DNA of 64,000 nt from a virus, in IMG/VR virus record IMGVR_UViG_3300036820_000011, positions 1 to 64,000 of that record. One strand, written 5' to 3'. Position 1 is the first letter of the stretch, and each line of letters starts with the position of its first letter. The translations under genes were made by a program, and so were the position numbers. Positions 35,054 to 46,100 of this stretch are shown piece by piece. The notes beneath the pieces are model-generated. The model searched no databases. It was not told where the DNA came from and saw only the letters and a program-made list of their open reading frames with translations.

Positions 35054-37299
35054 GGCTCACCTCCTGCCAGTGACGATACCGGTTCGCGCCCCTTGATCCC
35101 GGCGGTCTGCTCGGAGCCGGACGGCGTGGCGAACGGCTCCTTCCCCCGGAGTCCGGCGGTCTGCTCCGCTCCGGCGGCCACCGTCACGGGCTCGCGTCCC
35201 CTGATCCTCGTCCGGACAGTCGTCACCGGGTAGCGGGTGAGCACGCCGGACGCCGCACCCGTCGCCGGGGCGGTCCCGGCCACGGTGACCACGGCCACCG
35301 TGGCGAACTGCACGTACCCGGACGCGTAGGCCGACGCAGGCACCGCGTCCAGGGCGGGGGGCACGCCCAGAGCAGTACCGGCAGCCGCCGCTGTGCCCGC
35401 TGTCACCACCGCAGCCTGCACGGAGGCCACCTGGTAGCCGGTACCCGCTGCCGGGGCCGCAGACGGTAGCACAGTGATCCCGGTCTGGGCCGCCGGTGCG
35501 GTACCCGCAACCGCCGCCAGCCCGGCCACGGCCTGCGGGTCGAAAGTGATCGGCTCGCCGGTGCCCGTGGCAGCGGCTGCCCCGGCGACCGCTCCCGCGT
35601 CCGTGCCCGCAGGCCCGGCAGCGCCGTCGGCCGCAGCGGTCCCGGCGGTGGTGACGACGGCAGCCTGCGGTGCGGCAGCGGTTCCGGTGGCAGCCGCCGC
35701 ACCGGCCGCAGCAGTGATCCCTGCTGCCGCAGGCAGCGCAGCACCCGTTGCCGCAGCGCTGCCTGCGGTGGCTTCGGGGTCGAACACCAGGGAACCGGCA
35801 GCTCCGGTTGCCGCAGCGGTGCCTGCCGTGAAGACGATCGACACAGACGGGTCCAGGGCCGCGCCAGCAACCGCCGCGCATCCGGGCTGGGCCGTGGCCG
35901 TGCTCTCGCTGGACACCGCAGGCGCGTACGCCTGGCCCACCACTGCGGCGGTGCCGGGCACAGCAGCGGTCCCGGCAGCAGCCTGCTCGCCGGTACCGGT
36001 GACGGACGCCGTACTGGGCACGGCAGCCGGGGAGGCGGTGACGGTGTAGGCCGTACTGGTGGCCGCAGCCGTCCCGGCGACGACGGCCACGGCGGCGGTC
36101 GGCGGCAGGCCGGTGCCCGCTGCGGCGGCGCATCCGGTGTTCGGTCCGGGCACGGGTCCCAGGCCGGTACCGGTACCGGCGGCGGTATCCGCGACGGCTG
36201 CCGGGGACGCGAGCGGCTGCAGTGCGGCAGCAGTGGCGGTGGCAGTGGCCGGGACAGCTGCCACTGCTGCGGTAGCGGGAAGTGCGGCACCGGTTCCGGC
36301 CGCCGACCCGGCAGGGGCACCCGGACCCGCCGCAGGCGGTTCGCCCGTGCCGGTACCGGCAGCGGTGCCGGTGCCCTGGACGACTGCGGCCACCGACGGG
36401 GCCAGTGCCGTGCCTGTGCTCGCGGCGGTGGCCGGGACCGCTGCCGGAGCGGGCACCGGTGCGTACGCCGTCCCGGTCGCTGCCGCGAGTCCGGCGGGAG
36501 CAGCCACCCCGGCTACCGGCTGCCGGGCCGTCCCCGTGGCTGCCGCGCACCCGGTGTTCGGTCCGGGGACCGGCTGGAGCGCGGTGCCCGTGCCTGCCGC
36601 TGTCCCGGAGATCCCGGCCAGGGCAGCGACCGGAGGCAGCGCGGTGCCTGTCGCGGTCGCGACGCCCGCCAGCGCGATGGTGCCCGAGTAGACGGACGGC
36701 GGGTAGCCGGTCCCGGTCGCCGCAGCCGAGCCCGCCGGTACGGCGATGGCCGCTGCAGCGGCGTACGCCGTGCCGGTGGCTGCTGCCGATCCGGTCGGGA
36801 CAGCGACCGCTGCGGCCGGTGCATAGCCCGTGCCGGTGGCTGCGGCGGTGCCCGGGATACCGGCGAGCCCGGCGAGGACGCCGTACGCGGTACCGGTGGT
36901 GTTCGCCACTCCGGCCGGGGCACCGGGTCCGGCGGGTGCGGCGTACGCCGTACCGGTAGCGGCGGCCAGCCCGGCGGTGACGACTGCCTGGACGGCGGGG
37001 CTGTAGCCCGCGCCCGTCGCCGCTGCGGTGCCTGACAGAGCAGCCGGTGCCGGGACAGCGGTGTAGGCGGTCCCGGTCGCGGCAGCGAGTCCGGCCGTGG
37101 CAGTGACACCGGCCGCCGGGGCGTAACCGGTACCGGTGGCCGGTGCGGTGACCGGCGCGGCCTCGGGGTCGAACACCGGGCCGTTGGCGGTACCGGTGGC
37201 GTTCGCTGCTCCGGCTGTCGCCGTCGTGCCGGTGACCAGCGTGTCGACCAGCAGGTTGTGCCGGGCCTGGATCGGGATCGCCCTGCCGAGGCGTGCCAT
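35050..37299 (-). CDS. Ala/Thr/Gly-rich repeat protein (putative fibre)
   Basis: 749 aa, about 20-aa period AGxAAATGTAYxP; located among virion genes. Confidence 0.75.
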   Translation of the reverse strand: MARLGRAIPIQARHNLLVDTLVTGTTATAGAANATGTANGPVFDPEAAPVTAPATGTGYAPAAGVTATAGLAAATGTAYTAVPAPAALSGTAAATGAGYSPAVQAVVTAGLAAATGTAYAAPAGPGAPAGVANTTGTAYGVLAGLAGIPGTAAATGTGYAPAAAVAVPTGSAAATGTAYAAAAAIAVPAGSAAATGTGYPPSVYSGTIALAGVATATGTALPPVAALAGISGTAAGTGTALQPVPGPNTGCAAATGTARQPVAGVAAPAGLAAATGTAYAPVPAPAAVPATAASTGTALAPSVAAVVQGTGTAAGTGTGEPPAAGPGAPAGSAAGTGAALPATAAVAAVPATATATAAALQPLASPAAVADTAAGTGTGLGPVPGPNTGCAAAAGTGLPPTAAVAVVAGTAAATSTAYTVTASPAAVPSTASVTGTGEQAAAGTAAVPGTAAVVGQAYAPAVSSESTATAQPGCAAVAGAALDPSVSIVFTAGTAAATGAAGSLVFDPEATAGSAAATGAALPAAAGITAAAGAAAATGTAAAPQAAVVTTAGTAAADGAAGPAGTDAGAVAGAAAATGTGEPITFDPQAVAGLAAVAGTAPAAQTGITVLPSAAPAAGTGYQVASVQAAVVTAGTAAAAGTALGVPPALDAVPASAYASGYVQFATVAVVTVAGTAPATGAASGVLTRYPVTTVRTRIRGREPVTVAAGAEQTAGLRGKEPFATPSGSEQTAGIKGREPVSSLAGGEP

Positions 37300-37312
37300 G
37301 GCCTGCCTCCCG

Positions 37313-37825
37313 TCAGATCGTCTCGATCCAGCGGGCTCCGACCTTGAGGGTCACCGTGGCGAAGGTCTGCACACGGAACTGGAGGTAGACGGCGCTGGAC
37401 CCGCCGATGGGCGGATAGTCGGCCAGTGGCCAGATCTTGCCGTACGAACTGTAGACGTACTGGCTGTCCAGGGTCTTCAGCGTGGTGTTCGTCGTGATCA
37501 GTCCGGTGCCGTATCCGGTCGACGCGGTTCCCATGGTGAGGCGGGACGCCAGGAGGCCGGTGTCGTCCATGACCGGGAACACGGTCGTGGTCGTGTGCGC
37601 CGTGGACATGGTGGACGCCGACGCCGTGGTGGCGACCTCGAACAGCGCGCCCGCCGTCTGGATGGAGTTGAGCGAGCACCACCACTCGACCAGCTGGATC
37701 TGGCCGTTGGCGGGCACACCGAGCTGGAGCGTGCAGCCGGTGGCCGTGTTGATGGCCTCGCCGCCGTTGATCGCCGTTCCGGTCGACACCCCGGCGTTGT
37801 ACGTCTGGAACATGGAGCCGGGCAC
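37313..37825 (-). CDS. Putative structural protein
   Basis: Beta-rich, Thr-rich; virion operon. Confidence 0.6.
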   Translation of the reverse strand: MPGSMFQTYNAGVSTGTAINGGEAINTATGCTLQLGVPANGQIQLVEWWCSLNSIQTAGALFEVATTASASTMSTAHTTTTVFPVMDDTGLLASRLTMGTASTGYGTGLITTNTTLKTLDSQYVYSSYGKIWPLADYPPIGGSSAVYLQFRVQTFATVTLKVGARWIETI

Positions 37826-37833
37826 AGATCACC

Positions 37834-38373
37834 TCACCAGACCGAAGCGCGCGAGACGGCCTCGTGCCGCTGGAACAGCGGGCCGACCGGGTCCTCTGTC
37901 GGCGTGCCGAAGAAGTGGACGTCCGTGTAGAAGATGTCCCCGCCGGTCGTGGCGATCGGCAGGAACATCGGGATGCAGGTGACCGACAGTGCCGCCGGGG
38001 CAGCCCGGAGGACGACATGCGTCCACGCGTTCTGTGCCAGGGGAATGGGGCTCCCGGACAGGTCGGTGTCCGAGATGTAGGTTCCCCCGGAGTTGTACCA
38101 GTCGATCTCCGCACTGCACGTCCGGCTGGCCAGTGCCGTGTACACCCAGCAGGACAGGGTGTAGGTCACGCCGATTGTGACGGCGATCTTCGCGTCGTTG
38201 TACTGCGGCCCGGTCGTCCCGGCAGCCGTGGCCGTGATCTTGATCGAGTGCGTGTCGCTGTAGGCAAAGGTCGTGGACGAGGCGACTGTCCCGTTCCCGG
38301 CGGTGACCCAGTCGCCGATGCCCCCCTCGACGTCCTCCGCCGCAGCCGAGAACTTGTTCCCGTAGAGCGCCAC
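37834..38373 (-). CDS. CBM4/9-like carbohydrate-binding protein
   Basis: E.G...W....S...AYS.T.S.K.....G.TYT.S.WV.....W.......Y.D. Confidence 0.7.
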   Translation of the reverse strand: MALYGNKFSAAAEDVEGGIGDWVTAGNGTVASSTTFAYSDTHSIKITATAAGTTGPQYNDAKIAVTIGVTYTLSCWVYTALASRTCSAEIDWYNSGGTYISDTDLSGSPIPLAQNAWTHVVLRAAPAALSVTCIPMFLPIATTGGDIFYTDVHFFGTPTEDPVGPLFQRHEAVSRASVW

Positions 38374-38391
38374 TGGGGACTCCCATCGGGA

Positions 38392-38655
38392 TTACCGGCT
38401 GCAGCCGTAGGCACAGAGGATCACTGAGTCGCCGCTGGCCCCGGTCGGGATAGTGACCACTGTGCCGGACACGGCGGCGCTTCCGGTGAACACGACGGTG
38501 ACCCCGAGGATCGATGCCCGGCGCACGGACGAGAACTCGTTGGACAGATCAGCGGTGTCACCGCCGTTGACGTTCAGGAAGGCGTAGGCGGCAACCCGGT
38601 CGGTGTCACCGTTGAGCCACTTCAGCGGGTACTGCGACACGGGCAGGACGGCCAT
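38392..38655 (-). CDS. Hypothetical structural protein
   Basis: RBS GAGAGGAG. Confidence 0.6.
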   Translation of the reverse strand: MAVLPVSQYPLKWLNGDTDRVAAYAFLNVNGGDTADLSNEFSSVRRASILGVTVVFTGSAAVSGTVVTIPTGASGDSVILCAYGCSR

Positions 38656-38694
38656 CGGTCTACTCCTCTCCGGGACGTTTCCGCAGGTCACATA

Positions 38695-39180
38695 CTAGAC
38701 CGTGAAAGTAAAGATTCCGGAAGCGCTGAAATTGACAGAGAAAGTTCCTGCGGTGACTGTCTGTACACCGCCAAAATAATTGAAGCAGATGCCCTGCTTG
38801 GCCACAGTGCCACCGGTGATCGTGCTGTCGTAGACCAGGATTCCGTAGGCGGTGATCGTAGCCGTGGCTGAACTGGAGATGTTGGCTGCCGCGTACGTGA
38901 GCACCCCGGCGCTGACGGAGACCGCCGCACTGGCCAGTGCTATGCCGCCAGCGACCCAGTCAGTACCCGAGTTGACTTCGTTCCCAGTAGTCCAGGTACT
39001 GGTGTTGTACCCCGTAGACGTAACAGCTGCGGTCCGGTCCGGTGCGGTCGTGTTGTCGTAGAGCGTCACCTTGACCGTGTCGGCCACCAGTCCCGCATAC
39101 GAGGTCGGCAGGCTCGCCTTTGGCCCGCACATCGGGTTGTTCACCCACTGCACGAAGATATTGCTCGAAGACCATGCCAT
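38695..39180 (-). CDS. Virion structural protein
   Basis: DT.KV.LY...NEV..G..W.AGG..L....GI.VYD.....GTF...F.ASGIF, a common siphovirus family. Confidence 0.7.
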   Translation of the reverse strand: MAWSSSNIFVQWVNNPMCGPKASLPTSYAGLVADTVKVTLYDNTTAPDRTAAVTSTGYNTSTWTTGNEVNSGTDWVAGGIALASAAVSVSAGVLTYAAANISSSATATITAYGILVYDSTITGGTVAKQGICFNYFGGVQTVTAGTFSVNFSASGIFTFTV

Positions 39181-39181
39181 G

Positions 39182-39487
39182 TCAGGCCGCCCCTCCGCGT
39201 GCCGTCGGCACGTTCGACAGCAGATCGTTGGAACCGTCGGGCCGCTCGACGGACACCGCCATGATCGGGCGTCCGTCGCCGTCGTAGTGGACGATCTCGT
39301 TGCCGACGTAGTCTTCGCGCTCGACCGCCCGGACCCGGCACACGGTACCCTCCAGGACCATCGGGGCGAGCAGGCCCTTCAGTCCACGGCACTGGTGGTA
39401 CCTGTTCGTCTGGCCCCGGGCAGCTTCCCGGACCGGGCAGTTGGGGCACACCCAGACCTGGAGCACGGGAGTGAGAATCGGGATCAT
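39182..39487 (-). CDS. Zn-ribbon hypothetical protein
   Basis: W.CPNC...H.C..L.GL.APM. Confidence 0.6.
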   Translation of the reverse strand: MIPILTPVLQVWVCPNCPVREAARGQTNRYHQCRGLKGLLAPMVLEGTVCRVRAVEREDYVGNEIVHYDGDGRPIMAVSVERPDGSNDLLSNVPTARGGAA

Positions 39488-39499
39488 GTCAGCCGCCCG

Positions 39500-40195
39500 T
39501 CAGTTCAGCGTGACCGGGTTGCACCCGGCCGCCGGTGGCTGGACGGTGGTCACGGTCCACAGCCAGTGGTCCAGGCTGCTGACGACGTTGCTGCCCGGCA
39601 GCCAGGTCGTCCCGTTGCCGGGCCCGGCTCCCCACCCGGTCGTACTGACCACGCCTGCCGCCCTGGTCTGGCCGATGATCTGGACCGAGGTGCGGGCGTT
39701 GGCGATCGTGTACTGCCCGATCTTGCCCATGCCCACGTTCGGCCACGCGTTGTAGATCCACCGCTGGAGTCCGGTGACCGGGTCGCACTGGGAGGTCCCG
39801 GCGACGCGCTGCCACACCTCCAGGGAGAAGTGGTTGGACATCAGGCCCTGCATGGCCGCGAAGCCGTAGCCGGTGGTCGAGATGGCCAGTTCCCGGGCGC
39901 TCATCATATAGGCGATCGCAGTCTGGTTGACCTCGCAGAAGTCCATGGTCAGCTGGAAGCGCTTGAGGACCGGGTCGTCCATCTGGTTCACGCAGGGGCT
40001 GCCGTCGGCCGTCAGCTCCATGAACTCGACGCCGTCGTTGTACTGCGGGTCCATCTGGACCTGGACGAAGCCCTGGGAGACGATCTGGATGCTGCTGGTT
40101 CCGGTTACCGGGTTGCCGCAGGCGTCGACCGCACACATGCGGTAGTAAGATCCTTTGATCGGAGTTACGCAGGTAGCTACAGCGGACATGGACAT
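39500..40195 (-). CDS. Major tail protein
   Basis: G...R...VD.CG.P...G.E.....A.G..CV.......L...FC.V....F.LEVW (cluster-B-like MTP). Confidence 0.78.
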   Translation of the reverse strand: MSMSAVATCVTPIKGSYYRMCAVDACGNPVTGTSSIQIVSQGFVQVQMDPQYNDGVEFMELTADGSPCVNQMDDPVLKRFQLTMDFCEVNQTAIAYMMSARELAISTTGYGFAAMQGLMSNHFSLEVWQRVAGTSQCDPVTGLQRWIYNAWPNVGMGKIGQYTIANARTSVQIIGQTRAAGVVSTTGWGAGPGNGTTWLPGSNVVSSLDHWLWTVTTVQPPAAGCNPVTLN

Positions 40196-40202
40196 TCACC
40201 CC

Positions 40203-41117
40203 TTACGTGGGTACTCCGAGCAGGACGTTGGCGGCCAGGTGGGCGCACTCCCAGCCGAGGCAGTAGGTGCGCATGGCCAGGCGCTTGACCGTGTTCTTGC
40301 TCCGGTCGAAAGTGCCCGGCATCTGCATGATCTCGATGTCCGAGCGGTAGCCGAACACCGCCCCGGTGGCGTAGATCCACACCTGGACCGAGGTGGCGGC
40401 CGACCCGGCAGGAGAGCTGCCGGTGTAGCCGCCTCCGGCCACGACCAGGTTCCCGGCCGGAGTGTAGAGCTTGCCGTCGTCCGGGTTGAGCAGGACGAGC
40501 TTCCAGGCCCGGAAGGTGCTCAGGGCCTGGCGCGGGATGTGGATGACGCCCTGGCCGCCGTAGCTGGCCGCCAGCTGGGTCTCCAACTGGCCGAGCGCCG
40601 TGGCGGCGTCCACCCCGGTCCCGGTGACCGTCTGACTGGCAGCCGTCTGCAGGGTGATGCCGTTCGGGTCGCTGAGCGTGCCCGCCGAGGCCAGGTGCGG
40701 CCACACGGTGGGCTGGCCGCCTGCCTGCCCGGTCCAGAACGCCTGCTCGACCACGAAGGACTCGACGCGCTGGAGGTTGGTCTCCGCCAGTGCCCGCAGG
40801 CCGAGCGAATCGAGACCGACCGGCGAGGCGTCGAACTCGGCGTAGACCGTGAACGGCGTCGCACCCCGGTAGGTCTCGGTGACGTTGGATGACAGGGCGG
40901 AGTTGACCGGAGGGGAACCGCCGGTGCCGGTGACCGCGATGCAGTCGTCGTAGGCCGTGACCGAGGCGGACACCGTGGACGGGCAGAGGTCCACCCACGT
41001 GATGCCGTTCTGCCAGTGCGGGTCCCCGGAGGGCCGCTGCTGGACCCCGGTGTCCCACAGGCCGTAGGGGAGCGCGGTGAAGTCGGGACTGTCGACTACC
41101 TGACGGGCTCCGGCCAT
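40203..41117 (-). CDS. Major capsid pentamer / minor capsid protein
   Basis: HWQNGITW, PFTVYA, VE.AFW, LE..LA..Y.G.G.IH, TP.GN.VV.G.GY; follows the capsid gene. Confidence 0.75.
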   Translation of the reverse strand: MAGARQVVDSPDFTALPYGLWDTGVQQRPSGDPHWQNGITWVDLCPSTVSASVTAYDDCIAVTGTGGSPPVNSALSSNVTETYRGATPFTVYAEFDASPVGLDSLGLRALAETNLQRVESFVVEQAFWTGQAGGQPTVWPHLASAGTLSDPNGITLQTAASQTVTGTGVDAATALGQLETQLAASYGGQGVIHIPRQALSTFRAWKLVLLNPDDGKLYTPAGNLVVAGGGYTGSSPAGSAATSVQVWIYATGAVFGYRSDIEIMQMPGTFDRSKNTVKRLAMRTYCLGWECAHLAANVLLGVPT

Positions 41118-41153
41118 GACTCACACTCCCTTCGCGCCTACGGTACGGACGGT

Positions 41154-42938
41154 CTAGTACGCGGGAGTGATGGTGCCGGAACCGGCACCGCTGGTCTGGT
41201 AGGTCACGGTGTAGAGCCGCGACTCGTGCCCGACCTTGGCGATCAGGTGCGCCTCTTCTGCCCAGGCTGCCGTGAAATCGTTCTCCGCGTTCAGGATCGA
41301 GTCCCGGACGATGCCGAGGTCGAGGCTGAGCCCGGTGCCGTGCAGGAAGGTCCCGGCGGCGTAGAGCATGAACTTCGCCGTGGTCTGCCAGGCCGTGACG
41401 TTGGCGGCCGACTGGCCGAACTGCCCGGAGCCACGGACCTGCCAGTCCGAGACGAACTGGACCGCGATGCCACGGTCGGCGAACATCCCGGTGATGACCG
41501 AGTCCGGCACCGACAGCATGCTGTCGTCACCGTAGGTGCGCCACGCGAGGTCGGCCCGGATGTTGGCGAGGACCCAGGTGGGCAGCACGCATTCCAGGAC
41601 CGCCGTGTCCGACATGGCGAACTTGTTCCGGTAGTCCACCGCTGCCAGCTCGACGCCGTTCATGATGCCGTTGAACGCGGTCATGGTGGAAGACCCACCG
41701 ATACCGATCGAGTTCGTGGACGCCGTCTGCATCAGCGAGATCAGCCGGGCGTTCATGGCGTGCGCATAGGCGTTGCGCAGCAGCCGCAGGAAGTTCTGGG
41801 TCGCCTCGGGATAGGCCGAGTCGGTCAGGTTGCCTGCGGTGAGCGTGAGGCCGTACGCCTCAAGCCGGGTGGTGTTGAAGCTGGCACACGGTACCCGCAG
41901 GGTGGGCTTGTTGACCGAGCCGGTAACGGTGAGGATGTCGTCGGTCTCGGACCACAGCCACGGGTCGGAGGCGTTGCTGAAGGCGAAGGCGAACCCGCCC
42001 ATGCCGGACGCGGCGTTGGACGCCCCGGCGGTGTAGAACACGTCCGAGATCGCCGGGCTGGTCGGGTACATGATCCCGCCACGGGACACGCCCACGGTCG
42101 GCAGGTCGATCATCCCGGACGGCGTGTCGGAGATGTTGAACAGGTCGTACTTGATCTCGCTCGGGGCGCACCACCCACCACCGGCCAGCAGCGACTCCTG
42201 CCGGTCCTTGCTGGTGAGGTCCCGGACCAGGCGCTCGATCTGGGCCGGGGAGGTGCGGTCGTCCACCGTGTGGGAGAACTCGTTCTTGATCGACGCCACC
42301 TGGTAGCGCGGCGCGCCCTTGCCCATGGCGGTCGCCGGGATGGACTTGGCCCGGTCGATGAAGGCTTCGGCCAGCGCGTCGATGCCGGGCACGTTGGCCC
42401 CGGCGTGCAGGCTGCGTCCCGGCATGTCGACGGCGATGACCGTCTGGAGCGTGGAAGCGGTCTGGACCTTGGGGTCGGGAGCCGCTGCCTGGGTGGCGCT
42501 GAGTCCGGCCGCGCGGCGGACGACCTCGGCCGCGCCGTTGCTGCGCTGCGGTCCCATGGCTGCGATCAGGCCCTGGGTGACGCCGCGCGCCGCCGCTGCC
42601 GCGATGGCTTCCTCGTCCAGGGTGTGGGCCGGGGCCGCAGGCTCGCCCTCGTTCCCGTGCACCCGGGCCGCGAGGCGGGCCATGGTCTGAGCTGCCGCGT
42701 CCTGGGACGACTTGGCGTTGAGGTCGGCGCGGACCTTGCGGACTTCGAGTTCGGCCCGGAGGCGGTCCAGCGAGTCCGTCAGGACCATCGCGTACTGGAT
42801 GACCGCCGTCGAGAGGTTCTCCGGGTCGTTGACGCGCTCGAACTCGGCCTCCGCCCGGTCACGAAGGGTCGACAGCTCCGCATCACTCACCAGGGTGAGG
42901 TCGTCGGGGCAAGAGAACTGTTCCTCAGGCACCGGCAC
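41154..42938 (-). CDS. Major capsid (hexamer) protein with N-terminal scaffold-like region
   Basis: AGGGWCAPSE..YD, DLP.V.V.RGGI, K....VPC..F...RL, YPE, VQFV.DWQ, DS.LN.END.T. Confidence 0.88.
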   Translation of the reverse strand: MPVPEEQFSCPDDLTLVSDAELSTLRDRAEAEFERVNDPENLSTAVIQYAMVLTDSLDRLRAELEVRKVRADLNAKSSQDAAAQTMARLAARVHGNEGEPAAPAHTLDEEAIAAAAARGVTQGLIAAMGPQRSNGAAEVVRRAAGLSATQAAAPDPKVQTASTLQTVIAVDMPGRSLHAGANVPGIDALAEAFIDRAKSIPATAMGKGAPRYQVASIKNEFSHTVDDRTSPAQIERLVRDLTSKDRQESLLAGGGWCAPSEIKYDLFNISDTPSGMIDLPTVGVSRGGIMYPTSPAISDVFYTAGASNAASGMGGFAFAFSNASDPWLWSETDDILTVTGSVNKPTLRVPCASFNTTRLEAYGLTLTAGNLTDSAYPEATQNFLRLLRNAYAHAMNARLISLMQTASTNSIGIGGSSTMTAFNGIMNGVELAAVDYRNKFAMSDTAVLECVLPTWVLANIRADLAWRTYGDDSMLSVPDSVITGMFADRGIAVQFVSDWQVRGSGQFGQSAANVTAWQTTAKFMLYAAGTFLHGTGLSLDLGIVRDSILNAENDFTAAWAEEAHLIAKVGHESRLYTVTYQTSGAGSGTITPAY

Positions 42939-43015
42939 GGTGTCCTCCCCAAGGCAGGTGGATGGTCTGGCGGAACCATACCACCGCACCTGCGATTCTC
43001 AGGGGATCTCGCTAT

Positions 43016-43042
43016 TTCACTTAACCGATGCGGTTAAGTGAA
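43016..43042. promoter_or_regulatory. Perfect 12-bp inverted repeat upstream of the capsid gene
   Basis: TTCACTTAACCG-ATG-CGGTTAAGTGAA; extended -10 TGG-TATGGT downstream on the minus strand. Confidence 0.55.
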
Positions 43043-43043
43043 G

Positions 43044-43178
43044 TCACTCCTCCATGGATTCCACGAACACCGGCTCGGGGATCTCTGCGTTCTCCAGCCC
43101 GGTCGCCTGCTGGATCGGCTGCGGTGCCTGGTAGGCGGGCGGGGGCGGGAAGTAGGGCTGCTGCGAACACCCACACAT
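43044..43178 (-). CDS. Small MCGC-start protein
   Basis: RBS GAGGT; such peptides commonly lie between protease and capsid genes in this phage type. Confidence 0.5.
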   Translation of the reverse strand: MCGCSQQPYFPPPPAYQAPQPIQQATGLENAEIPEPVFVESMEE

Positions 43179-43183
43179 GATCG

Positions 43184-46100
43184 TTACCTCTTCACCTTCC
43201 GGACCAGCATCGCCATCACACGCTGCATGGCCTGCTGGTCGAGGTCTTCCTCGGACAGTTCCACGGTACGCGGCGGCGGGGAGCCCGCAGCCACGAGCGA
43301 CTGCAGGACGCCGCTGGCCACCCGGACGCGGGGGGACGGCGCGGCGAACCCGCCGACGTTGACACCCAGCAGACCGACCAGCCGGAGCTTGCCGCCGATG
43401 CGCCGCCAGTCGCCGGAGACGCGGCCGGACGCCCGGAGCGCCGCGACCTTCGCCGGGTCGGCGTCGGGCCGGATCGCGCCCGCCACCCAGATGCCGACGC
43501 TGTCGTTGCCGCAGGTGACGTCGGCGACCACGGCCCCGGTGTGGTCGTAGTGGTCCACCGCTGCCTGCGCCCCGGCGTTCGGGGAGGCGTGGCCGGTGGC
43601 GATGGTGATCTGCCCGACGGCCACGGTGGTGTCGTCGTCGCACAGGATCTCGCCGGTCAGGTAGTAGGCGTGCTGGTCCTCGACCGGCATCGTCACGCAC
43701 TGGTTGGCGTAGCCGATGTGGCAGCTGCCCTTCGCGGCGGCGTGCCCGTACACCCGGCCGTCGGCGGTCACCGTGATGTCCGTCCACAGGTTCAGGCCCG
43801 GGTTCTCGAACCACTCCGCAGGGGGCGCGTAGTCCATGACCGGCGCGGCGTAGGCCACCAGCGCCTCGGGTTCCGGCTGGGCGGCTTCCCACTCGGCCGG
43901 GTCCATCGCGCCTCCGGCGACGACCGATCCGGTGTCGGGGTCGGTCAGCTGGATATAGGCTTCGGCGAACGCCGGGATGTCGCACAGTGTGGCGGCGGAG
44001 ATCCGGCCACCGTGGTAGATCACCTTGTCCGGTGGGGCGAACAGCGCCAGGAACGGGTCGGCGTCGGGGTCCTCACCGTCGACCTGCGGATAGATCATCT
44101 CGACGTCGGCGTCCTTGATCGAGTCGGCATCGATCGACACGCCCCGCAGCATCTGGTTCTGGACCTTGCTGTAGGCGGTCTGGCCGTCCGGGGTGGACAG
44201 GTCGAAGACACCGGATGCCTTGATCAGTCCGCCGTCCCGGTTGATCGAGTCGATCCGGCCGACGTTGACGGCTTCGGTCCTGGGCTCGCCGCCGTGGCTG
44301 TCCACCCGGTTCCAGCGCAGCGGGATCGGCAGGTCCCGCCAGGTCAGGGCATCTGGTGCGAATTCCCGGCCGTCGCCGGAGGTCTTGCCCTCGGGAGCCA
44401 GTACGCCTTCCCACGGCGCGGTCTGGCCGCCTTCGGGCATCGCGACCGGGGCAGGCGCTGCGGGCTCGGGGACGAACAGGTGGCTGTGGCCGGTCGCCGA
44501 GAGGTTGTCCGGCACGGGCTCCCCGATGGCGTGGTAGTGCGCGACCAGGTGGGACTTCGCTGCAGCGACCGCCGCCGGGCTGTGGCCCTTGAGCCCGCTG
44601 AACCGGCCCGCCGCTGCTCCGAGCCCGGCCCGGCTCAGTTCGCCGTCCGGTTCGTGGTGCGGCAGGAAGCACGCCGTCTTCGGCGGCTCATCCCCGGGGT
44701 CGCAGGCCGCCGACGCGGTCTTGTACTGCTGGTCGGAGAACCGGGAAGCCGCGCCGTCCCAGGGCGCGTCGCTGACCGACGGCCCGGAGGCGAAGTGCGC
44801 CGCGTCGTCCGGGCAGTCCGCGCACGGCGCGCCGTTGATCTCGCTCATCTCGCTGCCCGGGGCGGTGCTGCCGTTCGGCTTGTTGGCCTTGAGCCGCTTG
44901 TCCTTGGCGGTGCCCGTGCTGGGCTTGCCGCCGAGTTCCTCTTCGGTGACGGTGGTCACAGTCGTTTCCTCCTCGGCGGATGCCAGCATCCCCTGGTCCC
45001 ACACAGCGTAGATGGTGCCCCGGCAGTTGCCGCCGCCCAGGCAGTCGATGTAGCCGCCGCCAGGATAGGCGCTCTCCGCGTCGTCCAGGCTGGAGAACGC
45101 CTTGCCGTCGATCGCGGTGCAGTTGGAACAGGTGCGGTCGTCCATCAGTTCGGTGGCGTAGTACGTAGCCGCCGGAGCCGCTTCCAGCACCGCGATGCGC
45201 CCGGCGTTCTGGGCAGACGACATGGCGTTGCCGAGCCACTGCTTCTCGAATGCGTCGGTCAGGCTCTGCAGGAACTGCTCGATCTCGGAGGCGAGCCGGA
45301 TGCCGGAGAACGTCCCGAGCAGGGACATGGCCCGCTGCACCGCCGACTGGACCAGCCGGGTGCCCAGCGTGCGCGAGGTGAGCTGGGAGACGCTGCGCAG
45401 CAGGTCGAGTCCCTTGAGGGAGGCGGTCAGGCTCCAGTCGCCGACGGTGACGCCCTGCTGCTCGGCCTCCCGCTGCTGGGCCTTCCCGGCTGCCTGGGCC
45501 ACGATGGTCATGCGCTGGTAGAGCACCTCGGCCGCCGCGCTGGTGTCGACGCTCAGGCTGCCCAGGTCGTCCGCGCCGCCGAGGGAGATCTGGTTGTAGA
45601 TCTGGTTCCGCCAGTCGGCGGTGATCCCCTTCCAGTCGTGCAGCGCCCCGCTGACAGCCGTGTCCCAGGACCGCTGGTGCTGCGCGAAGTCGACTTTCGC
45701 CGCCTGCTCGGTAGCGTTCGGCAGCCTCCGGAACTCGCCCGGGTGCTTGGGCGGCTTCACTTTCGCGGCGGCCGTGACCCCGGAGCTACCGCTCAGCGGG
45801 ATGTCCGTGTCCTCGCTGCCGAAGGAGACCCGGACCCGGTCGAAGGTCACCGGACCCAGCGCCTTCTCCAGGGTCGGGGCCAGGGTCAGGTCATCGGTGT
45901 AGGCGGCACAGATATGGGCTGCCCAAGGCGTGTGCTGGTCCGGTGCGTTGACGTCGTCCGGATCACTGCCGAGTACAGCATCCAGGACGGCGTCCACAGT
46001 GCCGTGGATGTGCTCCAGATCCGGGCAGTCCACCGCCGGGTCGTCGCCGATGTTCCAGATCCAGGACGGAGAAGACCCGGTGCCGTTCCAGTGCCCGATC

